Source: Candidatus Latescibacterota bacterium
GTDB taxonomy: Bacteria > Latescibacterota > UBA2968 > GCA-2709665
DNA: 64,000 nucleotides
Assembly (NCBI GenBank): GCA_965222075.1
Contig: OZ244937.1
Coordinates: forward strand, 3,360,001-3,424,000
Direction of reading: 5' to 3'
The notes beneath the pieces were generated by a model that worked only from the letters and a program-made list of their open reading frames with translations, was not told the DNA's origin and did not search any database. Shown piece by piece: positions 47,604 to 57,671 of the stretch (positions are counted from its first letter, which is position 1; every line of letters starts with the position of its first letter). The translations under genes were made by a program, and so were the position numbers.

Positions 47604-48323
47604 GTGACGAAGACCGTCGTAGTTGCGGGGGTCGGTGCCGGCTTAGGCGCCGCACTGGTGCGCAAATTCGCACGGGAGGGGTATCAGGTGGGGATGATGG
47701 CCCGTTCGACCGAATTCATGCAGTCGCTGGCCGACGAGATGGAAGCACAGGGGCATCGAGCGTTGCCGGTGTCCACCGATCTGACCGACCCGGAGCAGGT
47801 CGCGGGCGGTTTTGCCCGGGTTAAAGGGGAGCTGGGGCCGGTGGACGTGTTGATCAACCACGCGGGCAACGCCGCGTGGAAGGACTTCATGGAACTGACT
47901 CTGGAGGATCTGGAGCAGGCGTGGCGGATTTGCGTCGGCGGGTCATTTCTGTGCAGCCAGGCCGTCGTCGGCGACATGGTAGAGCGCGGGGCCGGATCGA
48001 TCCTGTTTACCGGGGCGACGTCGAGTATCCGCGGCCGTGCCGACGGCCTGGCCTTCAGTAGCGCCAAGTTCGCCGTGCGGGGCTTGGCTGAATCGCTGGC
48101 CAGGAAATTCTGGCCCCAGGGCATCCATGTCGCCCACATCATCATCGACGGTTGGCTGGCGACCGAAGCAGTGCGCAAGCAGAATCCGGACGCTGGGGAT
48201 ACGCCGATGCTCGACGTCGACCATGTGGCAGCCTCCTATTGGGCGCTGACCGAACAGGAGCGTGGGGGCTGGTCCTTCGAGATCGAGATGCGGGCCTACA
48301 ACGAGGAGGAATTCTTCGGGTAG
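47604..48323 (+). CDS. Short-chain dehydrogenase/reductase
   Basis: GVGAGLG, NHAG, TGATSSIRG, FSSAKFAVRGLA, HVAHIIIDG. Confidence 0.9.
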   Translation: MTKTVVVAGVGAGLGAALVRKFAREGYQVGMMARSTEFMQSLADEMEAQGHRALPVSTDLTDPEQVAGGFARVKGELGPVDVLINHAGNAAWKDFMELTLEDLEQAWRICVGGSFLCSQAVVGDMVERGAGSILFTGATSSIRGRADGLAFSSAKFAVRGLAESLARKFWPQGIHVAHIIIDGWLATEAVRKQNPDAGDTPMLDVDHVAASYWALTEQERGGWSFEIEMRAYNEEEFFG

Positions 48324-48461
48324 CAATTCAAGAAGCCGTCTTATTTTGCCTTCCGGTCAGGCGAACCCGAACGTGACCTGTTGCAAAACAGCCGGGACCT
48401 GCCCGGCTGGGCGGTACCGCTCGCGCGCAGCATCACAAGTGACCAAGCCGTTGCTGTATGA

Positions 48462-48599
48462 GCGGAACGTCTCTATCCAAGGCCATCGGGCTCATCGGCG
48501 GTCCTCAGAAGGCATTGCACCGACCACCTCCACCAGTTCCGCCACCACTGCCACCTCACCCTCGTCGGCGTGCGTCAGGACGATGGGCTCGAACTCGGG
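48462..48599. repeat. 138-bp direct repeat, second copy at 57532-57669
   Basis: ggccatcgggctcatc..cctcagaaggcattgcaccgaccacctccaccagttccgccac..gtgcgtcaggacgatgggctcgaactcggg in both copies. Confidence 0.9.
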
Positions 48600-48613
48600 A
48601 TTGATCGGCTTCA

Positions 48614-48852
48614 ACGTGATCTCCGTGTGCCGCCAGGGCAAGCACCGGAAGGATCGTTACACGATGCTCTGCACGGTCGCACAGAAGACGGTTCAAGACG
48701 ACAGGCGCCAATATCAACCCCGAATATGGCTGTTCCCGGGCGCCAGGCCGGGTGACCGGGCGGTCGGTACAGAAAGCGTTTGACCGGACTTGCAAAAAAG
48801 CCAATATTAACAAGCGGATATCGACACATACGCTGCGGCGCTCCTTTACCAC
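48614..48852 (+). pseudogene. Tyrosine recombinase/integrase fragment (frameshifted)
   Basis: [22 protein letters not shown], then SVQKAFDRTCKKANINKRISTHTLRRSFTT. Confidence 0.8.
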
Positions 48853-48933
48853 CCCTTTAAAATACACCTTGAAATTCCTGTCTATTCTGGCGATGTTTTC
48901 AAAAATGTTCTTATCACTGACAGGAGGTAGAAA

Positions 48934-49077
48934 GTGAAATTTTTTGTGGATTTATCGGAAAATGAGGCGCAACGTCTTGAAGCGACAGCCAAGCGACTGG
49001 GCGTTCGCCCGGAGGAACTTGCAAAGGCTGCCTTAAGTAACCTTTTAGATTATCCTGAAGAAGATGACGAACCCTAA
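48934..49077 (+). CDS. Small ribbon-helix-helix/antitoxin-like protein (probably truncated)
   Basis: RBS AGGAGG; MKFFVDLSENEAQRLEATAKRLGVRPEELAKAALSNLL. Confidence 0.55.
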   Translation: MKFFVDLSENEAQRLEATAKRLGVRPEELAKAALSNLLDYPEEDDEP

Positions 49078-49096
49078 ATGGCCACGATTAAGCCTG

Positions 49097-49786
49097 ATGC
49101 TTGAGCAGCTATCCAATCGAGTCTATCGATGGGTCGAAGTGCACGGGGAGGCCCGAGGAGAGCCCTATCGATGGAACAGTTATGCGGTGCATATACCAGA
49201 ACGTGAGGCCCTCGCTTTGATTGATCCTCTCGAGATGGCCGAGGGTGAAGCTTTGGCCCTGGAGAGAATCTGCCGGCCGTCTCACATTATTCTGACTTGC
49301 GAGTATCATCTCAGAGAAGGCGAACAATACCGAAAGCGTTGGGGCTCGACTCTGTTGGCAAATGATGTTGAGCGGGAGAGGTACACCACAGCTCTGGACG
49401 GCTGGTTCAGCGATGGGGACACGCTTCTGGAGACGATCAGATGCGTCCTCGTCCCAGGAGGGTTCTATCCGGAGACGGCACTGCTCGTGCAAGGAGATCC
49501 AGCGGTGCTCATCATCGGCGATATTCTCTCAGGAGCGCGATGTGATGCTGGCATTTCGGATGGCGAGCTTGGTATCGCGTTCCCCGAGTACGTTCCTGAT
49601 CTAAGTTCGATTCGAAGGTCCCTGGAAAGGCTGAACGGCCTGGAGTTCGACGTACTCTGTTTCGGACATGGTGAACCAGTCCGACAACAGCCAAGAAAGA
49701 AGCTCCTGGAGTTGTGGGAGTCGGATGAAGTTTGGTCCAGGCTTGAGGAATTGAAGGAAGAGCGAGGGCCGAAGGAGGCAGAGTAA
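49097..49786 (+). CDS. Metallo-beta-lactamase-fold protein (probable gene cassette)
   Basis: LIDP, ILTCEYHLR, IIGD, LCFGHGEP; atypical codon usage. Confidence 0.7.
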   Translation: MLEQLSNRVYRWVEVHGEARGEPYRWNSYAVHIPEREALALIDPLEMAEGEALALERICRPSHIILTCEYHLREGEQYRKRWGSTLLANDVERERYTTALDGWFSDGDTLLETIRCVLVPGGFYPETALLVQGDPAVLIIGDILSGARCDAGISDGELGIAFPEYVPDLSSIRRSLERLNGLEFDVLCFGHGEPVRQQPRKKLLELWESDEVWSRLEELKEERGPKEAE

Positions 49787-49829
49787 ATTTGTCCGCCCAT
49801 TGTATTCCGTTTTGGCGGGAGTGGAGAGG

Positions 49830-49861
49830 CCCCAACGCCGTATAACGCGGGAACGTTGGGC
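49830..49861 (+). other. Truncated attC-like site
   Basis: CCCCAAC...GAAC-GTTGGGC; only 32 bp. Confidence 0.55.
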
Positions 49862-49886
49862 GTAATTGGTAGACTTTTGTGGGACT

Positions 49887-50288
49887 ATGCGCATCCGAGA
49901 ATTTGAGTCATCTGATGCTGAGTGTCTTGTCGAGATCCTGCGACTGAATGGCCAATATTCGAGCGCAGAGGTCGAAGGTCCAGCCGCTATGGAGCGATTC
50001 GCTCAATGCGATGTAGCCCTGTTCCTTGTCGCCGAGGAAGGAGGTCGACCGAAGGGGCTCCTTCGTGCAGTCTATGACGGCTCGAGAGCTATGGTGCACC
50101 TTCTCTCAGTGCATCCCGAATATCATCGTAAGGGAGTCGGTTCAGATCTACTTGTTGCTGCTCAGTCAGAGCTACGGCGTCGTGGCGCTCCTTCACTCAG
50201 TGTGACTGTAACAGAGGAGAGTGCAGATTTCTGGGAGAAACACGGTTTCAGTCGGTTACCGGTATTTCTGATGCTCAAGAAATTCTGA
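49887..50288 (+). CDS. GNAT acetyltransferase (gene cassette)
   Basis: LSVHPEYHRKGVGSDLL, FWEKHGF. Confidence 0.88.
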   Translation: MRIREFESSDAECLVEILRLNGQYSSAEVEGPAAMERFAQCDVALFLVAEEGGRPKGLLRAVYDGSRAMVHLLSVHPEYHRKGVGSDLLVAAQSELRRRGAPSLSVTVTEESADFWEKHGFSRLPVFLMLKKF

Positions 50289-50310
50289 CCATACTGAGTC
50301 TACCAACACC

Positions 50311-50621
50311 GCCCAACAGCACGTTTTGCGCTGCGGCGCTTTCGCGCCTTGGCCTTCGGCAACCCCTCGACACCCTTCGACAGGCTCAGGGTTCAGACTC
50401 AGGGTGCAAGGGTGCAAGCTCAATGATGGTTCGTTGAGCTTGTCGAAACGAACGCATACTCAGGGTGCATACTCAATGATGGTTCGTTGAGCTTGTCGAA
50501 ACGAACGCATACTCAGGGTGCATACTCAATGATGGTTCGTTGAGCTTGTCGAAACGAACGCATACTCAGGGTGCAGGCTCAGCGGCCGAGCTCGGGTTCG
50601 TAAGTGGCGAGAACGTTAAGC
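50311..50621 (+). other. attC-like site expanded by inserted repeats
   Basis: R'' GCCCAAC just after the GNAT stop; R' GTTAAGC at 50615. Confidence 0.65.
50419..50575. repeat. 53-bp tandem repeat x3
   Basis: Unit ctcaatgatggttcgttgagcttgtcgaaacgaacgcatactcagggtgcata starting at 50419, 50472 and 50525. Confidence 0.95.
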
Positions 50622-50714
50622 GACAGCGGCAGAAGTCGATGCGTTATCTCTTGTCGTGCTATTGAATACTGCATGTCCCTTTGTCAGGTATGCCATATTG
50701 GGAGCACTCTGATT

Positions 50715-51161
50715 ATGGTTGAAATCTCCGTACGACTTGCCACCGATACCGACATGGACTGGTGCAGATATACACTAACACTCGACTCCAACTACCCAAC
50801 TCATCAGCTCTCCGGTCTGAGTGAGTTGATCGTAGCTGAATTAGATGGCCAATTGGTAGGCGTGTTACACCTTGCGTATTTATGGCCAGGTCAACAAGGA
50901 GGCACCCCTTATATCAGTGGAATCATCGTGATCAAGGAATATCAACGCAGAGGTGTTGGAAAGGCTCTTTTAGGATTTCTGGAGCGTCTTTTGAAAGAAC
51001 GAGATCAGAGGGTTCTGCTAAGCTCGTGTGTTATCAACGAGCATGAACCTCAAACCTGGCATAGGCATGTGGGCTTCAAGAGCTGTGGGAATCTGGAGGG
51101 AATTCCCTTTGATGATGAATTGGGAGAGGTGTTCTTCTACAAACGACTGGATCAGCAGTAA
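50715..51161 (+). CDS. GNAT acetyltransferase (probable gene cassette)
   Basis: VIKEYQRRGVGKALL, WHRHVGF; low GC. Confidence 0.85.
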   Translation: MVEISVRLATDTDMDWCRYTLTLDSNYPTHQLSGLSELIVAELDGQLVGVLHLAYLWPGQQGGTPYISGIIVIKEYQRRGVGKALLGFLERLLKERDQRVLLSSCVINEHEPQTWHRHVGFKSCGNLEGIPFDDELGEVFFYKRLDQQ

Positions 51162-51220
51162 AGTGACAGTGTGCGTCGTCCGTCTTGCCACATCGACGCC
51201 ATACCAACGAAAGGAATCAC

Positions 51221-52291
51221 ATGAAGGAATCCGATCCATTTGAAAAAGGCCTCGCAGCCGGTGAGGCAGCGGCTTCTGCCGCCGGAGGCGCATCACAAAC
51301 ATCGGCGAACGGCGGGCGTATGTATGCGCGCACACAGAGTTTTGGGTCAACCGATGCCGAGTTGCGCTTTTTGCAGCGCTGTGGCGTGCGCCACAAGGCC
51401 GCCACCTTTCCGTTCCACCCCGACCGCGGCTGGGATCTCGACGAGTTGGTCCGGGAAAGAGAGCGCCACGAAGCCTTCGGGCTGACACTGGATATGAGCG
51501 CGCTACCCATATATGAGAGATTTCCCAACATCATCTATTTTGGCAAGAGCCCGGAGCGTGACCGGGAAATCGACCTCGTATGCGAAATGATCCGGACCGC
51601 TTCGCGCGCCGGCATCGATTCTCTGCGCTACAACACTTGCGTCCTGTCCATCGACCGTACGGAACCGGAAGAAGGTCGCGGCGGCTACTACCACACTGCG
51701 TTCCGCCTGGACAAAATTCCGGCAGAAGAACAGGCCAGGCTGACTGAGGCCGGGCGAGTCACGGCAGACATGCGCTGGGAACGAATTGAGTATCTGCTCG
51801 AACGCATGATTCCGGTGGCAGAAGAATTCAAGGTTCGAATGGGCAATTCCCAGGAAGACCCTGCCACACCCCCCGGTTATAGGGGCGTCGACAAAGTCCT
51901 CAATGACTTTGAGGGCATGAAGCGTTTCATCGAGATTCAGCGCAGTCCGTATCACGGCTGGAACTTCTGCGTCGGCTCCATCGCTGAAGGGCTCGAAGAT
52001 CCCGCCAATGAAATCTACCCCTTCATAGAATACTTTGGCAATCGCAATACCATCTTCCTGGTTCACTATCGTAACCTCCTCGGGGGGCGCTACAGCTTCC
52101 GCGAGACTCTGCCCGATGAAGGAGATATGGACTTCCACCGGGTATTAAAGGCACTCAAGGACACAGGCTACTGTTACGGCATCGATCCTGACCATGTCCC
52201 GCGCACCGACGACGATCCGAAGGGCTACTATCAGTCCTATGCTTACTGCTTCGGCTACATCAATGCCATGATCCAGGCGGTCTACGCTTAA
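51221..52291 (+). CDS. Mannonate dehydratase (UxuA)-like protein
   Basis: RDREID, PVAEEFKVRM, NFCVGS, VHYRN, DEGDMD, PDHVP, AYCFGYI. Confidence 0.82.
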   Translation: MKESDPFEKGLAAGEAAASAAGGASQTSANGGRMYARTQSFGSTDAELRFLQRCGVRHKAATFPFHPDRGWDLDELVRERERHEAFGLTLDMSALPIYERFPNIIYFGKSPERDREIDLVCEMIRTASRAGIDSLRYNTCVLSIDRTEPEEGRGGYYHTAFRLDKIPAEEQARLTEAGRVTADMRWERIEYLLERMIPVAEEFKVRMGNSQEDPATPPGYRGVDKVLNDFEGMKRFIEIQRSPYHGWNFCVGSIAEGLEDPANEIYPFIEYFGNRNTIFLVHYRNLLGGRYSFRETLPDEGDMDFHRVLKALKDTGYCYGIDPDHVPRTDDDPKGYYQSYAYCFGYINAMIQAVYA

Positions 52292-52319
52292 TCCATACGC
52301 AGGAGGTAATGGTTCGGAT

Positions 52320-52434
52320 ATGAAGAACCCCACTTCACATGTCATCACGCTACACGCTGTTGTTCGTCAGCGGCCTCGCTCAACCCGATTATCTGGTCGA
52401 GATTGAAGCCGTAGCATTCCTCCCATTCTCGTAG
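52320..52434 (+). pseudogene. RidA-family C-terminal fragment
   Basis: SGLAQPDYLVEIEAVAFLPFS*. Confidence 0.5.
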
Positions 52435-52513
52435 AAGCCCGGTCCGGGCTTCTACGAGGCGCCCAAAGATCATGGAATTCATAAGCGATTAAAGGGATTG
52501 GTGGATTAAGGAT

Positions 52514-53461
52514 ATGGGCACTTTAGCGATTGCTCCCTGGAAAGACGGAGATATGCAACCGGTGATGGATCTCTGGCAGCGGGTGTTTGCAGACCGGAAA
52601 TATGATTTCCGGATGGATGAAGCGGGGTTTCGGCAACGGGTGCTGGCACATCCGGATTTTGACCCGGAGGGGGCGCTGATTGCAAGGGTGGAAGGCAGGG
52701 TTGTGGGGTTTGTTCTGGCGGTGGCGCCCGGGCGTGGAGAGACGGGCTATCTGAGTGTGCTGATGGTGGATACGGATTTTCGGCAAAAAGGGGTTGGGGG
52801 TATGCTCATGGATGCCGCGGAGGGATTTCTGGCAGGTTGCGGAAATACGGAGATTCGGATCGGTTACAAAGGTAATCCGGTCTCATTTGCAACTGGTGTC
52901 GATGTGAAGACGCCGGCCTATACATTCTTCTTGAATCGGGGGTTCCGCAACCGCGGGTCGGTGAGTCTGTTTATGGAAACGACGTTTGCCGAGTTTAAAC
53001 TTCGGGAGGAGATAGAAGGTTTTATTGAAAATAACCGATCTCGAGGCATCCTGTTCGGGCTGTGCGAAGCAGGACATCGGGAGGCGTTATGTGCGTTTAT
53101 GGAGGCTTTGTTCCCGGGTGGTTGGGAGGCTTCTGTAAAAGGATGTTTGGATGGAGGCCCGCCATATCCCGTGATAATTGCGACGGACGGACCGGCGGTG
53201 GTGGGTTTTGCCGGGCCGATCCGGGTGGGCGCGGATGGTAGCGGCGGTTTTACGGGGATCGGGACACATCCGGATTACCGACGGGGCAAGATCGGAACCG
53301 TGCTGTTCAATCTGATGTGTGCGGAGTTCAAAAAACGGGGTATGGTACGCAATACGCTCCATACGGGACTGAATAATCCGGCGCAGGAGATCTATTTCGG
53401 CGCAGGATACAGGGTGCGACATCTGGTGGATTATCACCTGGTGAAACGGTTGGGGAAATAA
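52514..53461 (+). CDS. Tandem GNAT acetyltransferase
   Basis: VDTDFRQKGVGG and THPDYRRGKIGT motifs. Confidence 0.88.
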   Translation: MGTLAIAPWKDGDMQPVMDLWQRVFADRKYDFRMDEAGFRQRVLAHPDFDPEGALIARVEGRVVGFVLAVAPGRGETGYLSVLMVDTDFRQKGVGGMLMDAAEGFLAGCGNTEIRIGYKGNPVSFATGVDVKTPAYTFFLNRGFRNRGSVSLFMETTFAEFKLREEIEGFIENNRSRGILFGLCEAGHREALCAFMEALFPGGWEASVKGCLDGGPPYPVIIATDGPAVVGFAGPIRVGADGSGGFTGIGTHPDYRRGKIGTVLFNLMCAEFKKRGMVRNTLHTGLNNPAQEIYFGAGYRVRHLVDYHLVKRLGK

Positions 53462-53814
53462 GGTTTCACACAGAGGTGTTGTTTTGGTTGAGACATTGGA
53501 GGATATAAGCGTTCTGCCTTCTGGGGCGCTTTTTCGACGTAAATCCTTATTAGCCGTCGCCTGTCGGCTCGGCTTCTGCGACTCCCCCTCCAGGGGGGAG
53601 TGATTGGACCGTCGAAGGGGGCCCTACCTGCCTGCCGCGCGGGGCCTGGCGCAGGCAGGTCTGGCTGGCATGGACGGCAGCATCGCCGACCTCCTGAGTG
53701 ATTCCGTGTGATTCTGCGACGTTTTTCCTTATGTGGACTTCTGAAACTGAGCAATAGTAGATTTCTTACCGCGCACGGCAACGGGAAACTGTCCGAACCC
53801 CATCGAGAATTGAA

Positions 53815-54966
53815 ATGACCAGGGATGTGTTAATCGTCGGTATCGTTTTGCTATTTGGGCTTCCGGCGGGCGCGGTATCAAAGCCAGGGATTCATCCGGC
53901 CCTGGCGGCATTCATAGCCGGTCAATACGCCGAGGCCGAGAGCAACCTTCAGAAAATGCTGCGGCAGGCGGAGACCGACCGGGCACAAATATACTATCTG
54001 CTGGGCCGTATCAATGCCTGGGAGTGGGATATCAAGGCGGCATTCGATTGGTTTGAGAAGGCCGTTGAGGCCGATCCCGCAAATGCCGACTACCGATATC
54101 GGTTGGGAATGATGTATGGCGCCAAAGCACAAGGTGCCATTATTTTCAGGAAACCGGGATACGCCCGGCGCGCGCGCAAGGCGTTTGAGAACGCGGTCCG
54201 GTTGAACCCCGGTCACCTCGCCGCGCGAACCAAGCTGGTGGAGTACCACCTGTACGCGCCGGGGATTCTGAGTGGCAACAAGAAGAAAGCCCGTGAACAG
54301 GCCGACGAGATCAAGTCTCGCAATCCGACGGAAGGCCATCTCGTGTGGGGCCTGATCCATGCCAGGGAAAAGGCGCAGGATAGCGTTGAAATCGCCTATC
54401 TTGCGGCGGTCGAGTCCGCGTCCGACGACCCGCGTCCGGTTCTCTGGCTGGCGTCTCTCTACGGCCGGACCGAACGGCGTCTCGAGGCAATTCAGGTCTT
54501 AGAGACCTATCTACAGTCCTTTCCCGATGAGGGCGTGGTCCTGCGTAAATTGAGCGCCCTTTATCGTCAGGAGAAAGCGTATGAAAAAGCATCTGAAGCC
54601 GCCCAGCGGAGCCTGAAAGTGGCCATAGATTCTCTTTCAACTCTGAAGGCCGACTCAAACGCATCCGTTCAGTCCTTCGAGAACGCGCTGACCATCCATT
54701 CCAACCGGATCAATGCCCTCTATGAAATCGGTAGATTTTCCGCCACGACCGGGATGAACTTAGATCGGGGTCTTGAGTCGTTGAACGCCTTTCTCAGCCT
54801 GGTTCCGGAGCGGTGGCGTGCGCATAGGGCACGGGGGTACTACAGGCTTGGTGGCATCTATGTCCATCTCGGGGATCGAGACCTGGCACGCAATGCCTAC
54901 AGAAAGGTTCTGCACTTGAACAAGAAGCATAAAGGCGCGCAAAAAGCGCTCAAGGACCTGGAGTAA
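53815..54966 (+). CDS. Secreted TPR repeat protein
   Basis: Signal peptide; repeated YYLLG..A..FEKAVEADP TPR units. Confidence 0.85.
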   Translation: MTRDVLIVGIVLLFGLPAGAVSKPGIHPALAAFIAGQYAEAESNLQKMLRQAETDRAQIYYLLGRINAWEWDIKAAFDWFEKAVEADPANADYRYRLGMMYGAKAQGAIIFRKPGYARRARKAFENAVRLNPGHLAARTKLVEYHLYAPGILSGNKKKAREQADEIKSRNPTEGHLVWGLIHAREKAQDSVEIAYLAAVESASDDPRPVLWLASLYGRTERRLEAIQVLETYLQSFPDEGVVLRKLSALYRQEKAYEKASEAAQRSLKVAIDSLSTLKADSNASVQSFENALTIHSNRINALYEIGRFSATTGMNLDRGLESLNAFLSLVPERWRAHRARGYYRLGGIYVHLGDRDLARNAYRKVLHLNKKHKGAQKALKDLE

Positions 54967-55038
54967 GCTTTGAAGCTGGCCGGTGCATAGCGGGCAAATC
55001 AGAAGCGCGTTTCCACGATACCGGACGCGCAGAAGTCG

Positions 55039-55086
55039 AACTTCCCTGGTAACTTCCCTGGTAACTTCCCCGGTAACTTCCCCGGT
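55039..55086. repeat. 12-bp tandem repeat x4 (encodes VTGEVTGEVTREVTREV on the minus strand, a Fic-type linker remnant)
   Basis: aacttccc(t/c)ggt x4. Confidence 0.85.
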
Positions 55087-55094
55087 GACGGGCT

Positions 55095-55536
55095 CTACCA
55101 CCGGTTGCCCGACGGACATCCGAAACTGTTCTTCAAGGGAGGGACATCGCTTTCCAAAGCCTTCGGTCTCATTCGACGGTTCTCGGAAGATATCGATCTC
55201 GTCGTCCATCGCGACGACCTGGGGTTCGCAGGTGACCGCGACCCGACCGTTGCGGGCCATCTGTCGAACAAGAAGCGGGCCGACCTGCTCCGCAGGTTGG
55301 GTATCGAAGCCGTGCCCCATGGATTTCGATCCAGCTTCGATGGTTGGGCGTCCGAGAGAACCGATGCATCTCGCGAAGTCATTGACCTGGCGCTCGCCCA
55401 CGTAGAAGCAAACAAGAAGCGGGCCGCCTACGCCCGTTCGGATCTGTTCGAGCGGCGGCGGCGGTTGATGGAGCAGTGGGCGGAGTTTTTGGCCAGCGCG
55501 AGTTGCGAATCGAAGGTCGCGCCGACCCACCGATGA
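55095..55536 (+). pseudogene. Chimeric remnant: AbiEii nucleotidyltransferase N-part fused to phage integrase C-terminus
   Basis: FKGGTSLSKAFGLIRRFSEDIDL, then PHGFRSSF..LAHVE..AAYARSDLFERRRRLMEQWA. Confidence 0.8.
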
Positions 55537-55759
55537 ATCCAATTGTCCCATAGACTGGCCGGGGACACGGAAGAGTTTCCGCGGCTCGGCGCAGCTCTAC
55601 CGCCGCCAAAGCGTCGCCGAACGCCCCAACGAGGATACTGATCCTCCCACTCCCGGACGGCGTTAGACTGTCCGTTGATTCGGGAAAGCTGTGTGACAAC
55701 CCGGCTCCGGCTGTCAGGGCATACTGTCCAATGACCTTTTGAGTTGTACACTTCACGCT

Positions 55760-56434
55760 ATGAGTCACTCCGTCCGTAGCCATCTTCGCCTTGAGATCGA
55801 TGCCTACGACGAAGCCATCCGACGGTTCATCCCGGGCTACGAGGAAGGATTGGCCCGGGCTGCCCGTGAAATCGCTGCTGTCCGCCCCACCCTGGTGCTG
55901 GACCTCGGCGCGGGAACGGGGGCACTTTCCAAGGCGATGCTGGAACATGAAGGCGTGGGTGCCGTTGAAGCGATCGACGTGGATGCGGAGATGCTAGACC
56001 GGGCGCGCATCCGGCTAGAGCGATTCGGAGCTCGCGCGCGTTTACGTGAGTGTTCCTTCGATGCTCCGCTCCCGGAATGTGACGCCGTGGCAGCTTCCTT
56101 GGCCCTGCATCACGTGCCCGAGATGGAGCGCAAGCGTGCATTGTACAAGCGCATTTTTCAGGCGCTCCGTCCCGGCGGGCTGTTCGTGAACGCTGACCTG
56201 ACCATGAGCGCCGACCCAATGGTTCGGGAGCAATGCTACCGCATATGGGCCGCCCATTTGGTTTCCTGCGGCATCGAGGAATGGCGTGCCTATGAGCACT
56301 TCGACAAGTGGGCGGACGAAGACACCTACTTCCCGCTCGACGACGAACTTGCCGCCTTGCGCGAAGCTGGGTTTCACGCCGAATGCGCGTGGCGAGACCA
56401 ACCGAACACCCTCCTTGTAGGAAGCAAGGAATAA
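55760..56434 (+). CDS. Class I SAM-dependent methyltransferase
   Basis: VLDLGAGTG, IDVDAEML, SLALHHV, LRPGGLFVNAD. Confidence 0.9.
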   Translation: MSHSVRSHLRLEIDAYDEAIRRFIPGYEEGLARAAREIAAVRPTLVLDLGAGTGALSKAMLEHEGVGAVEAIDVDAEMLDRARIRLERFGARARLRECSFDAPLPECDAVAASLALHHVPEMERKRALYKRIFQALRPGGLFVNADLTMSADPMVREQCYRIWAAHLVSCGIEEWRAYEHFDKWADEDTYFPLDDELAALREAGFHAECAWRDQPNTLLVGSKE

Positions 56435-56557
56435 GGTTTCAGCGTACGAGCCAGCGTCATCGGTTCGAGAGCCTTCCCGTAGGGATGAATTAGACGGGAG
56501 TGACCCCCCGCGGGCGTGCAGGGTGCGTGTGAAAACCCGCCCCATGCCACGCCCGCA

Positions 56558-56683
56558 CTAGTGCATCGCGGTGTAAATCTTTACACATGACAGCACTGCG
56601 GCTAATCTACTTGAGTCCCACGTTTTGGCGGAACTACATGGCGATCAGGGAAATGGGTAATAACTTTCGCCACGATGCACTAG
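56558..56683. mobile_element. MITE / IS630-like remnant
   Basis: Terminal inverted repeats ctagtgcatcg(c)gg ... cc(a)cgatgcactag. Confidence 0.65.
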
Positions 56684-57320
56684 CAGCCTGTTCCACACGC
56701 CTAAGGCGTGTTGGTTCGGAATGCTCATGCTCTTCAAGACTGTTGAAGAATCCTACGCGGTGCCTCCATCACCCGGAGTTGCCACTTTTTCATCTGATCA
56801 TCGACGTACATTTGTGTGGTCTCAATATCCATGTCCGATTGGAGTTTCTCAAGGTGCTCTCGCATATATTCAACGGATCTCATATTGGATCTCTTTAGCC
56901 TAAAGACAGTGCTGCCGGATAGCAACATCGGCCCGCACGGTCCTCTTGGATAAACTCAGCCGAATCTCCAGACAGTATCTCGTCCCCGAATATTTCAGTC
57001 TGGAGCGCCGCAAACCGGTCTATGGCTTCGCACTCTCCACTCCCTGAGCCCCGTTTTTGGCCAGTTCCTTGTCGATGGCGGTCTGGCAGTACTGGCGCAC
57101 GCTTATGCCCTTGAGCGCAACGACCGACATTCTGCCCACCTACCTTCGCGTCCTGTGAATCCAGTTCCGCTTTCTTCTCAACGAGCCGTTTCACGAGCAA
57201 TGGGAGCGGCACCCGTTTGCCATTTTCCAGTTGGATCACGGTGCTGGGCTTAGGCTACCTTTGAAACGTCGTCCAACCGCAATGCGGAACTCGGTCTTGT
57301 TTGATCTCGATTTCTGCCAC

Positions 57321-57475
57321 TTATTGCGATTCCTGGATTTGCCTCAGGTATTCGCACCCCGCCGACGTCAGACGATAGCGCTGGTTCCTGCTGCGTGGTT
57401 TGTCCGGGATGGTCATTTCGATCAGACGAGCCTGAAGAGCGGGCAATAGATACGCCTTGCGAAAGTGGTCCTCGT
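57321..57475 (-). pseudogene. Fic-protein C-terminal winged-helix fragment
   Basis: HFRKAYLLPAL..LIEMTIPDKPRSRNQRYRLT. Confidence 0.7.
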
Positions 57476-57570
57476 GCTCGACGCGCTCTACCACCGGCTG
57501 CCCGACGGGCATCCGGGATTGCTCTTCAAGGGCGGAACGTCCCTCTCCAGGGCCATCGGGCTCATCAACG
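57465..57570 (+). pseudogene. AbiEii fragment (second copy)
   Basis: VLDALYHRLPDGHPGLLFKGGTSLSRA. Confidence 0.7.
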
Positions 57571-57671
57571 GCCCTCAGAAGGCATTGCACCGACCACCTC
57601 CACCAGTTCCGCCACGACTTCCACCTCACCCTCGTCGTCGTGCGTCAGGACGATGGGCTCGAACTCGGGGT

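Noticed and set aside
50419-50575. Possible CRISPR array
   Set aside because: The units are identical over their whole length with no unique spacers, and there are no cas genes; it is a tandem repeat.
55760-56434. Methyltransferase as EgtD for selenoneine
   Set aside because: It is too short, lacks EgtD features and lies 16 kb away in the accessory region.
56734-57239. Intact toxin-antitoxin pair
   Set aside because: Antitoxin-like sequence is visible only across a frameshift and no toxin motif can be supported; treated as debris.
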